Shown here: positions 18,362 to 26,748 of the stretch, one piece after another
Position numbering within the stretch: the first letter of the stretch is position 1
Layout: the number at the start of each line of letters is the position of its first letter
From: an uncultured Erysipelotrichaceae bacterium
Lineage (GTDB): Bacteria; Bacillota_I; Bacilli_A; RFN20; CAG-826
Assembly (NCBI GenBank): GCA_902800905.1
Contig: CADCGC010000011.1
Coordinates: 14,389 to 78,388 of the forward strand
DNA: 64,000 nucleotides
Reading direction: 5' to 3'
Made by a program: the position numbers and the translations under genes
Notes under the pieces: model-generated
Database searches by the model: none
The model's input: the letters and a program-made list of their open reading frames with translations, nothing else
Told to the model about the DNA's origin: nothing

Positions 18362-21300
18362 ATGACAAAGGCAAGAATTGGATTAATTGGTCTATTATCA
18401 ACATCGGTTGTTGCGATATTAGCGATTGCAACAGGTACTTTTGCATGGTTTGCTGAACATACTTTAAATGATCCGGTTGATGTTAATATCAATGGTTCCG
18501 CTAGTCCATATCACTATGCGAGTGGAACAGGAACAAGTGAAGATCCATATCTCATTAGAGATCCAATCCACCTCTATAACTTAGCGTGGCTTCAATATTT
18601 AGGGACATATAACAAAGATGAAAACGAAGATGGCGCTATTGATAGACAATGGTACTTTAAACTTTCTGATGACATACCCGCTAGTGGACTAGATATGAGT
18701 GGATACACTCTTCCACCAATTGGAACAGAAGATTATCCGTTCATTGGTAACTTTAATGGCAACAATAAAAAAATAGTTAATTTAATTACTTCAAATAATG
18801 AAACAGATTTTGGAGATAGAATTCCACATAACCTAGAATATACCGCTCCTAAAATAGTGGGATTCTTTGGAGTTATCGGTGAAATTGAAGGTGATCCAAT
18901 TGCTACATATGACTCTGATATTAATGAGTTTAAAGATACAACATTAGAGGGATTAACAGTTAAAAGCAATACAGCTAATACATTAATCGGTTTAGCGGCT
19001 GGCTATGTTAATTTAAAAGAACACGTTACCGGTTTATCAAATATCAAAATCGGAGATTCTTCTTCTAAATCGTCATCAATTTCATTAGATGGATGTAGTC
19101 CAATTTCAAATATTACTCCTAATCTTTCTGATTATAGTTTAGTTGGATATAATACAAAAACTGGTAGTGTTTCGAACTACACAAAGAAAGTGTATGAGAA
19201 TTATCATAAAGAAGTTTCAGGTGGACAAGAAGGTGGATTTGGATCATACATCGATTTTAAAGAATTTAATAGATGGCTATACGATTTGCATATAACAAAG
19301 TCGTATGATAAAGGTCCAAACAATCCTGATATAGGCTACGAAGTTATCTTTTCTAGTACTTCCACAAAAAGAATAAATGTTAAAACAGGTGATAACTACA
19401 CACTTTCTTTTAATACTTCATCGACATATTTTGGAAATCCTTCTGTGGCTTTCTATCTAACATACTACACAACATCTTCAGGTGGTGTTTATCGCTTTTA
19501 TAGTTTTGACTTCAGAAATGATAATACCGGAAATTATTACGAAATAGATAATACAAAAACGGATGGTATTTGGTATAATCAAGATTTTACATGGTCCGTT
19601 TCTGGAAGTGGATCATCCAAAAGATACGCAATCACCTTTAATAATTCGGTTGCAACTTTCAGTAATTATTCTAGTTTTGATTTAAAATCTACTAATACAT
19701 CAGAAACTAATTTTCAGCCATATAATGGAAATACTAGAATTGTAAGTTTGAGTTTTGCATATGTTGCTGTTGAGGTTAAAAGATTTAACGATGATAATTA
19801 TACGCCTATATTATTTAACGATGATAAGACAGGAGTTGCCTCAAACAATACTGGATATATTATTGGAAAATCATTAGCAGGAAATTTATATGGTAACTGT
19901 TCTCCGAAAATTTCGTTATATGACAAAAAAACATATTTAAGTAATTCAATTAACGCATCCGGTGCAATTAAGCAAAATGGCATTAAGTATTACAATCAGT
20001 CTACATCAACATGGGACACAATTGCCGACACAGTAGAAGATGGTGTAATTACTGGTTCGTCTCCTTCTTTTGAAAGATATATTAACCCTAGAAATGAAAT
20101 GACAACAATTGTTGATAATTCTGACCGTATTCAAGGAATTCACTTTGATTATCAAAGTGGTGCAGGAAACTTGACAACTAGTAGCACAAAAAGTGCGACT
20201 ATGTATACAATCATGAATCCAACAGCAACAACATATAAAATGCCACGCGGATCTATTGATTTCTATTTGCAAAAACCTGGTTATATTACATTCTTTGCTG
20301 GTTCGTATACAGAAACTGCAAGCGTAAAAATTAATTTTTTCTCGCTTTACAAGATTAATAGACCTGTTTCTAATGGAGTTACTGATTTTAGTTCGATAAG
20401 TTCTATCGATGAAATTTCTAAAATATATAAAACTGCTGTATTCGATAGTAAAAACCCAACTTATGTTTATCAATATGTTGGTGGAAGCGAACCTGCTAGT
20501 CATGGAGAATTGGTTTATGATTTATCTTGTTTGTGGGTAGAAAAAGATAATAGTGATCATACACTCTATTATTTTGAAATACCTGTTGGAACAGGAGAAT
20601 TCGCTATGGGTGCGGTTAATTCAGCTCATAGTCCTGCTTCAACCACTCAAGGCGCTTATATGATGTATTTGGATTTAGGTGCTAATGGACAATCAGTTGG
20701 TGATACATTAATGGACATTCACCAAGTAAAAACATCACAAAATAGTGCTTCTTATCCTCAAGGTGTTGATTTTAACATTACAGGTATTTCATCAACTACT
20801 GGTGGTGATTCATTATGTTTAAGAATTCCAAATATCTCCTCCGCTTCAACTGGAACAACTACATTTGCGGTTGCTTCAAACATAACAATTACGGACTCCA
20901 TCACAAACTCAGACGCAACCGTTGTTTATAAAAAATCTGCTGCTGTCTTAAATAATGCATCAACTAACGTAACAGATTCGTCAGGATCAATTACTGGTGG
21001 TTATACTTATATAAGAGCAACGATAACAACGCCAGCTGGAGAAAATTGGCTAATAGAGTATTTAGAAAATCTGGATGGCTCTGGTGGACGATATACTACC
21101 ATTACTCAAAATGGAAATAATAGGACAATATCGGACTTGCCAACAATATATACATCTAATATTAGCGAAGCCAAAGGAAGAGATGATTCATTCATTGCGG
21201 TCAGTTTTGATTTTACAGGTAGCGATTTCACAATAACAGCCGCTGATTATTCAACTGCGTCAACGATTGACTTAACGATACCAACTTCTGAACTTGGTTC

Positions 21301-21376
21301 AACGACATTTAGTAATGTTATATTTAAAACAGGATATTCAACATTGAAAGTCAATGGATCTGCTTATCCATCCTAA
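18362..21376 (+). CDS. Large secreted adhesin-like protein with SipW-type signal peptide (module 2)
   Basis: MTKARIGLIGLLSTSVVAILAIATGTFAWFAEHT. The N-terminal ~180 aa are nearly identical to the 14402-17296 product and the remainder diverges, with conserved islands (IQGIHF, GSIDF, YFEIPV, GAYM.YLD.GAN). Ends ...AYPS. Confidence 0.7.
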   Translation: MTKARIGLIGLLSTSVVAILAIATGTFAWFAEHTLNDPVDVNINGSASPYHYASGTGTSEDPYLIRDPIHLYNLAWLQYLGTYNKDENEDGAIDRQWYFKLSDDIPASGLDMSGYTLPPIGTEDYPFIGNFNGNNKKIVNLITSNNETDFGDRIPHNLEYTAPKIVGFFGVIGEIEGDPIATYDSDINEFKDTTLEGLTVKSNTANTLIGLAAGYVNLKEHVTGLSNIKIGDSSSKSSSISLDGCSPISNITPNLSDYSLVGYNTKTGSVSNYTKKVYENYHKEVSGGQEGGFGSYIDFKEFNRWLYDLHITKSYDKGPNNPDIGYEVIFSSTSTKRINVKTGDNYTLSFNTSSTYFGNPSVAFYLTYYTTSSGGVYRFYSFDFRNDNTGNYYEIDNTKTDGIWYNQDFTWSVSGSGSSKRYAITFNNSVATFSNYSSFDLKSTNTSETNFQPYNGNTRIVSLSFAYVAVEVKRFNDDNYTPILFNDDKTGVASNNTGYIIGKSLAGNLYGNCSPKISLYDKKTYLSNSINASGAIKQNGIKYYNQSTSTWDTIADTVEDGVITGSSPSFERYINPRNEMTTIVDNSDRIQGIHFDYQSGAGNLTTSSTKSATMYTIMNPTATTYKMPRGSIDFYLQKPGYITFFAGSYTETASVKINFFSLYKINRPVSNGVTDFSSISSIDEISKIYKTAVFDSKNPTYVYQYVGGSEPASHGELVYDLSCLWVEKDNSDHTLYYFEIPVGTGEFAMGAVNSAHSPASTTQGAYMMYLDLGANGQSVGDTLMDIHQVKTSQNSASYPQGVDFNITGISSTTGGDSLCLRIPNISSASTGTTTFAVASNITITDSITNSDATVVYKKSAAVLNNASTNVTDSSGSITGGYTYIRATITTPAGENWLIEYLENLDGSGGRYTTITQNGNNRTISDLPTIYTSNISEAKGRDDSFIAVSFDFTGSDFTITAADYSTASTIDLTIPTSELGSTTFSNVIFKTGYSTLKVNGSAYPS

Positions 21377-21377
21377 T

Positions 21378-21405
21378 AGACACCTTCCATTAAGGTGTCT
21401 TTTTT
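21378..21405 (+). terminator. Rho-independent terminator ending module 2
   Basis: agacacc-ttccattaa-ggtgtct followed by T5. Confidence 0.8.
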
Positions 21406-21502
21406 AACCAATTAATTGGTTAATTGAGAATAATAAAAACATTAAGAAAATAATTAAGAAATTCGTATTTTCTCCCTCTTATTAATATGAGAGGGCTTTT
21501 TT

Positions 21503-21833
21503 ATGAACGAATACAAAAAAAGCATTGTTCAAAGATGGTGACTTTGAATTAGAAGTAACTATTTCACCAGAAGAAAAAACTATATGGATGACACAAAAGC
21601 AGATGGAGTTATTGTTTGAAAAAACACATTCGACTATTGCAGGTTATATTAAAGATGTATTAAAAACATATAAATCAGCCATTGACAATTCTGACAAAAG
21701 TATTGTCGATAATGTCGAAAATATTGACATTTATATTGAAATTATTGACAAGAGCATTAAAAGAAAGCTGAATTATAACCTTAAAATTGTCTTTGCAGTA
21801 GCCCAAAGAGTAAAGTCAAATAGAGGTATATAA
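21503..21833 (+). pseudogene. RhuM-family protein remnant (frameshifted and truncated)
   Basis: ATG at 21503 gives MNEYKKSIVQRW-stop. After an A7 tract (21514-21520) the next frame continues FKDGDFELEVTISPEEKTIWMTQKQMELLF, the typical RhuM N-terminus. The rest is degenerate and short. Confidence 0.55.
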
Positions 21834-21878
21834 TTACAACAATTTCTAGATAATTATTTAAAAGAATATGAATCGTTA

Positions 21879-22193
21879 ATGGAAATAAACGAGAATAATC
21901 TTATTATATATAATAACGGAGAAGTAGAAATACCAGTAATTGTTGCTCTTGAAGAGAAAACTGTATGGCTTAGTTTAGACCAAATCGCGATGCTTTTCGG
22001 AAATAGCAAATCTAATGTTTCAGAGCACATCAAAAACATCGTAGAAGATGATGAATTAGACTTAAATCGAGTTGTTCGGAATTTCCGAATAACTGCCTCT
22101 GATGGTAAGAAATATGATGTTAGGTGTTATAACCTTGATATGATACTTGCAGTAGGTTATAGAGTTAGAACAAAAAGAATGATTTATTACTAG
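21879..22193 (+). pseudogene. RhuM-family protein N-terminal fragment (truncated)
   Basis: IIYNNGEVEIPVIVALEEKTVWLSLDQIAMLFGNSKSNVSEHIKNI ... YNLDMILAVGYRVRTKR matches the RhuM N-terminal domain. The ORF stops after 104 aa, whereas the family as I recall it is about three times longer. Confidence 0.6.
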
Positions 22194-22314
22194 ATGAAAA
22201 GCAAGATAGTGGTCTCTGTGATTAAGGAGATGCTTAATAAAATATAAATAATAAGGATACAAAGAAAATAAATACTTTTCATGAATGAAAATATAAGAGT
22301 ATATTAATTACATT

Positions 22315-23229
22315 ATGAATTTCTTTTTTGACAAGATTATTAACGTTAAGGACAATCCGATTACCGAATCAATTCAATCCTCAATTGCAATTATTATTAC
22401 TGCTGGATTAATTGCTTTAGTGTACTTCCTAAATATTCCTAATCCAAATCTTATTCTCTTTACAGGTTTAATTGCTTTAACTTCTATATTTGGATTTATC
22501 CCAGGAGCGTTTGCTCTTGTGGGTGTATATGTGTACACTCTCTTATTTTTCTCAACTAATCATTCATTTGTTGATTTCACTGAACAGAACGCTATTAAGA
22601 CAATTGTCTCATTTATCACATCCACAATGTGTTTTGCTTTTGTTGGAACATTAAACCACTGGTTTAAGAAGAGTATTCTCATCATGCTTCAAACCAATAG
22701 CGAACTAAAAAACGAAAAGAAATCATTAGAACAAATATCATTAAAAGATGAATTAACAGATATTAAGAATAGACATTCTCTTAGAATTGATTTCCCTTCA
22801 TATGTTGGAGAAGAAATTCATCTAATGATATTTGATGTTGACAATTTCAAGAAATTCAATGACACATATGGTCATTCTCTTGGTGATGAAGTTCTCAAAG
22901 TAGTGGGTTCTAAAACCAAAGGAATCTTTGGTGAAAAATCAGTCTATCGTTTTGGAGGAGATGAATTTGTCGTCATTGTTAAAGAAGACACATTCATTAA
23001 CTTCAAAGAAAAGATTCAAACACTAATGAAAGAAGTGGAACATATGACCATAGAAGATAATGAATTAATCATCCATCTCTCTGTTGGATTCACATATGGA
23101 GTTCCTACCGATAACGGCGATCTTAGACAAATGATCGACTTCGCTGATGAGTTACTCTATGAAGTAAAGAAAAGTGGCAAAAATAACCTAATTGGTAAAC
23201 GATACGAATTGGACTTAATGGATAGTTAG
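22315..23229 (+). CDS. Membrane-bound diguanylate cyclase (GGDEF)
   Basis: 304-aa ORF with N-terminal TM helices, then DELTDIKNRHSL ... FDVDNFKKFNDTYGHSLGD ... RFGGDEF. Confidence 0.85.
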   Translation: MNFFFDKIINVKDNPITESIQSSIAIIITAGLIALVYFLNIPNPNLILFTGLIALTSIFGFIPGAFALVGVYVYTLLFFSTNHSFVDFTEQNAIKTIVSFITSTMCFAFVGTLNHWFKKSILIMLQTNSELKNEKKSLEQISLKDELTDIKNRHSLRIDFPSYVGEEIHLMIFDVDNFKKFNDTYGHSLGDEVLKVVGSKTKGIFGEKSVYRFGGDEFVVIVKEDTFINFKEKIQTLMKEVEHMTIEDNELIIHLSVGFTYGVPTDNGDLRQMIDFADELLYEVKKSGKNNLIGKRYELDLMDS

Positions 23230-23232
23230 AAG

Positions 23233-23258
23233 GCTTCAATGAATGAAGCTTTTCTTTT
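23233..23258 (+). terminator. Rho-independent terminator after the GGDEF gene
   Basis: gcttca-atgaa-tgaagc followed by a T-rich run. Confidence 0.55.
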
Positions 23259-23308
23259 GATATTTTTTTAAATTTGTCTAGATTTTACTAAAGTAACTTA
23301 TTTTTTGT

Positions 23309-23338
23309 TTGACTATTTTTCAAAAAAACAGCTAAAAT
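23309..23338 (+). promoter_or_regulatory. Candidate promoter of the monocistronic fibre-subunit gene
   Basis: TTGACT at 23309-23314 and TAAAAT at 23333-23338 (18-nt spacer). Confidence 0.5.
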
Positions 23339-23479
23339 ATAGTTGCATCAAAAAGGTGACTTAGAACGTCCCATTCTACGAGCTTGATTGATGTATTCAA
23401 ACTTAACTATCATCCATTCAAAACAAATAGACGACAATTGAATGGTATTTTGTCGTTTAAATACAAGGAGATAATTAAA

Positions 23480-24616
23480 ATGAAAAAATCAAAAGTTGTC
23501 ATTCCTGCATTAGGTTTAATCGCTTTATCAACAGCCGCCTCTATTACAGGTACTGTTGCATGGTTCTCTGCAAACCAAAGCGTTTCAATTAAAGGTATGA
23601 CAGTTTCTACAAAAGTTGGAGATAACTTATTAGTCTCTGGCACAAACGCAAACGCAGCAAGTTATAGTACATCATTAGAACAAGAACGTACAGGTGTTCT
23701 CGAACCAGTTTCATCCGTTGATGGTGTTGACTTCTACTACACCGCAACAGACAACGTCCAAAATGGTGGTGACGCTATTGCAGACGAATACGTCTTATAT
23801 GCTGAAGGTACTTCATTATCAAATACTAATGCTGGAAAAACAAAATATGACGCTGATTTCCAAACCAATTATGCTTTAGAAGGTGTTGTTTCTGATTCTA
23901 ACGTCTATTATGGTTTCATCGATTACGCTTTCTATGTGAAAGCCGTTAATGGTGGTGCTGCTGACAAATACTTAATTTTACACGACTTAAACATCACTTA
24001 TGATGGAGATATCATTTCTGAAAAAGCATGGAGAGTTGCTGTCTTTGATGAAGCTGCTTCCGAATACGTTGCAATCGAAGGTGATGTCGCAGTAGGCGCA
24101 AGAAAAGCCATGCTTACTCCTTCAGGAGCTGCTAACTTCACAACTGGACAAGCTGTCAGCTCCACAAGTGGAACAGGTTCTGTCACATACACAAGTGCTG
24201 CTTGGCACTTAGACACAATCGCTGCTGGAGCAACCGAATATAACAAGATTACTGTTAGATTATGGCTCGAAGGCGAAGACAACACATGTAACAACGATAC
24301 ATTTGCAAGCTTAACAGCAAACTGGAAACTTGATGTTGAAGTTAAATTAGAAGACGCCAACACCAACGCTATCACAAATATTAGATCAGTCGCAGCTGTT
24401 GCTACAAAATCAACAACTACTGGTACTGTCGAACTTCATGGTGATACAGCTTCCTCATATCAATGGTATTTAGTTACTGGTAATTCTGCTATTAGTGGTG
24501 CAACCAGTGCCTCATACACAAACGATGGTGCTGCTAGAGATGTTTACTGCATCGTCAAGACCGCTGCTGGTAGAACATATAAATCCAATGTTCTCAGCCT
24601 TGATGCTGGTGCATAA
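23480..24616 (+). CDS. TasA/camelysin-like secreted protein with SipW-type signal peptide; putative major fibre subunit
   Basis: AAGGAG RBS 9 nt before the ATG at 23480. MKKSKVVIPALGLIALSTAASITGTVAWFSANQS signal. C-terminal core ITVRLWLEGEDNTCNND...NWKLDVEVKL shares the W-L-E-G motif with the downstream paralogues. It has its own promoter and a strong terminator. Confidence 0.7.
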   Translation: MKKSKVVIPALGLIALSTAASITGTVAWFSANQSVSIKGMTVSTKVGDNLLVSGTNANAASYSTSLEQERTGVLEPVSSVDGVDFYYTATDNVQNGGDAIADEYVLYAEGTSLSNTNAGKTKYDADFQTNYALEGVVSDSNVYYGFIDYAFYVKAVNGGAADKYLILHDLNITYDGDIISEKAWRVAVFDEAASEYVAIEGDVAVGARKAMLTPSGAANFTTGQAVSSTSGTGSVTYTSAAWHLDTIAAGATEYNKITVRLWLEGEDNTCNNDTFASLTANWKLDVEVKLEDANTNAITNIRSVAAVATKSTTTGTVELHGDTASSYQWYLVTGNSAISGATSASYTNDGAARDVYCIVKTAAGRTYKSNVLSLDAGA

Positions 24617-24637
24617 TTAGCAAACTAAACTCACAAA

Positions 24638-24667
24638 GAAATCCTCGATTCATTCGGGGATTTTTTC
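24638..24667 (+). terminator. Rho-independent terminator after the putative major subunit gene
   Basis: 9-bp stem aaatcctcg/cggggattt (one G-U) followed by T6. Confidence 0.8.
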
Positions 24668-24777
24668 TTTTTCTCGATCGCATTTCTTATATACACGCGT
24701 TCTTCTAATTTTTTATTTATTTAAAATAATGCTTGCATACTTGTTTTATTTAGTGTTATTTTATTAACGAGAAAAAA

Positions 24778-24898
24778 GCACAACCATAGTGATATGGTGC
24801 CGCAAAGCTAAAGGGTCTTAAGAAGAAGGATTAAGATAGCCAGTTGCCTTAGAGAGTCGTTCTCGGCCAATGCGTTGGATGATAGGCAACTGGCTTTT
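24778..24898 (+). promoter_or_regulatory. c-di-GMP-I (GEMM-I) riboswitch with long terminator-type expression platform (copy 3)
   Basis: GCACAAC-CATA-GTGA-TATGG-tGCCGCAAAGC-taaaGGGTCTTAAG...GATAGCCAGTTGCC. The 11-nt AGCCAGTTGCC (24838-24848) is perfectly complementary to GGCAACTGGCT (24885-24895), which is followed by TTTT. Confidence 0.85.
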
Positions 24899-24951
24899 GA
24901 TTCTCTATTGGGACATTAATTTAGCCTTTCCTTCTAGGCACACTCTCACTT

Positions 24952-25785
24952 ATGGAATACAATATTAGGTACGTTAACAGGAGAAAAAGACGCATTCGTG
25001 CGGCTATCATTGGTGGCATCTCGACAGTAGTGGTTGCCTCTTTAAGCATAGTTGCATTCTTGGGTCGATTTGTTGGTACATTTACTGTATCTTTAGATAC
25101 AGGAACTGTTAAACTTACTCTTGCTGAAGAAAGTGCATTCCTCACCTCAACATCATTCCTAAGAGTGAACAATCTAGCGCCATTTGAAGAATATACATAC
25201 ACATGGTTTAACGATGAATATTCTGAAGATGAGTTAGATAATGATATTTCTAATTACAAAATTGGATATCATTATGCTTCTGATGGAACGACCATCAAAA
25301 ACGTCAAGTTCTTTAAATATACTTTCTATTTGAAGAATGTTGGGTCAACTAAAGCTTTTTACGACTGCAAGATCAGAATTCTTGAGTCTAAAGCTTCAAA
25401 CGATAAAAGAAAACTCGATGATACATTAAGAGTTATGGTTTATCGTAATCCACTCAACGGATCTCATAATAAGAAAATATATGGTAAGGCCGTTAGACCT
25501 CGCACTAATGAACAAGGCGAACTTGATTATCGTCCTCCAATTTCAATGTCAGAAGAAATGGCGAGCTATTTAAGCCAACCATTCCCTGGATATGTTGATG
25601 ATACATTTGTATCGGGTGAATTAATCGCACAATATAAACGTGTTGAAATTGCCGTAAGTGAAGTAACAAGGTACACCCTCGTCACCTGGTTAGAAGGATA
25701 TATGTCCGGAACCGAAGCAGAGGAAAACGCACCTATTGGTGCAACAATCAAATTAGGAGTTGAAATAAACGCATATGAAAATTAA
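24952..25785 (+). CDS. TasA-like protein with Arg-rich N-terminus and TM segment but atypical cleavage region (candidate membrane-anchored base/anchor subunit)
   Basis: First ORF after riboswitch 3. RRKRRIRAAIIGGISTVVVASLSIVAFLGRFVGTFTVSLDTGTVKLTL lacks the A-W-[FY] motif. YTFYLKNVGST and VTWLEGYMSG...GATIKLGVEINA resemble TasA/camelysin core motifs. Confidence 0.6.
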   Translation: MEYNIRYVNRRKRRIRAAIIGGISTVVVASLSIVAFLGRFVGTFTVSLDTGTVKLTLAEESAFLTSTSFLRVNNLAPFEEYTYTWFNDEYSEDELDNDISNYKIGYHYASDGTTIKNVKFFKYTFYLKNVGSTKAFYDCKIRILESKASNDKRKLDDTLRVMVYRNPLNGSHNKKIYGKAVRPRTNEQGELDYRPPISMSEEMASYLSQPFPGYVDDTFVSGELIAQYKRVEIAVSEVTRYTLVTWLEGYMSGTEAEENAPIGATIKLGVEINAYEN

Positions 25786-26734
25786 TAAGAAATTAATCGT
25801 TGCTTCTTTATCAACTGCCCTTGGTCTAGGAATTGTCGGTAGTGTTACTGGCACTGTCGCCTGGTATCAATATTCAACTAAAGCCATCACTTCTATCGTT
25901 GGTGCAAACGCATCTCAAAGTGGTTTATTAAGAATCTCTACAGATGACAACAACTATAAGAAGGATCTTTACACAACTGATATCTTAGGTGCTGCAGAAA
26001 ACGCTGAAAGTAATGACTTTGACGGCAATTTTGAACCTGTCACTTTTGGTGGCGTTGCAAAAGACGGAGCTATGCCTTCTGATGCTTATCTTAATCCAAG
26101 ATATGGTCATCAACCATTAAATGAATGGAAATCAGCTAAAGGCAAAAACTACGAATATTTGCAATATGACCTCTACCTCAAAGCTGAAAAATATGACGAA
26201 ACTGCAAATGATTACATCCCAGTAGCTGGTTTACCAATCTACTTATCGAACATGGAAATCATTAATGGAACAGTCGGAAAAGACATCGCTGATGCTGTGT
26301 TTGTTCACATCGCAGTTGATGGAGGAGACAACTTCCTCATCAGTAGAACTGGTGCTGATGTTAACACTTATGGTGAATTAGATTTAGATAACGATTCCCA
26401 TAATGATCCATATTTTGGATATCAACCAGACATCGCTGACCCAGCTCATTACGACGATCCAGTTGCTTATGGCACAGATGGAACAAAGAACACTTCCTAT
26501 AGTGTTATTGCCGGTGCTAATTCTATTATTTCTCCTAGAGGAGAGGATGGCAGAATTGATCCAGCAACTGCAACAAAACTTTGTGACACCATTGATGGTG
26601 GCATTAAGTTAACAGTCACTATTTGGCTCGAAGGTTGGGCTATGGCTCAATTATGGAATCCAACTCAAACCGCTAACGCTCAATTCAAAATCGGTATGAC
26701 TTTTGATGTCGGCAGAGGCGCCTTTGAAGATTAA
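25775..26734 (+). CDS. TasA/camelysin-like secreted protein with SipW-type signal peptide (minor subunit paralogue)
   Basis: MKINKKLIVASLSTALGLGIVGSVTGTVAWYQYST. C-terminal LTVTIWLEGWAM...AQFKIGMTFDVG. Overlaps the preceding gene by 11 nt. Confidence 0.7.
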   Translation: MKINKKLIVASLSTALGLGIVGSVTGTVAWYQYSTKAITSIVGANASQSGLLRISTDDNNYKKDLYTTDILGAAENAESNDFDGNFEPVTFGGVAKDGAMPSDAYLNPRYGHQPLNEWKSAKGKNYEYLQYDLYLKAEKYDETANDYIPVAGLPIYLSNMEIINGTVGKDIADAVFVHIAVDGGDNFLISRTGADVNTYGELDLDNDSHNDPYFGYQPDIADPAHYDDPVAYGTDGTKNTSYSVIAGANSIISPRGEDGRIDPATATKLCDTIDGGIKLTVTIWLEGWAMAQLWNPTQTANAQFKIGMTFDVGRGAFED

Positions 26735-26748
26735 GGAGGGAACTAACT

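Noticed and set aside
20006-20503. 165-aa minus-strand ORF, and similar antisense ORFs (36-302, 755-1069, 23998-24375, 33488-33790, 41281-41682, 6242-6493 and others)
   Set aside because: All lie inside longer sense-strand genes with clear motifs. They have low-complexity or Cys/Ile/Phe-rich translations and lack RBS, so they are treated as frame shadows of AT-rich coding sequence.
23384-23479. Upstream extension of the major-subunit ORF (track start at 23384), and likewise 14375 for the large adhesin, 12736 for Nudix, 41619, 44261, 60749 and 37094
   Set aside because: The extensions start at non-ATG codons without RBS and would bury the signal peptide or conserved N-terminus. Internal ATGs with AGGAG-type RBS give canonical N-termini.
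23340-23479. Fourth c-di-GMP riboswitch (class I or II) in the major-subunit leader
   Set aside because: It lacks the GEMM-I junction sequence, and I could not recognise class II signatures. It is kept only as an unclassified structured leader.
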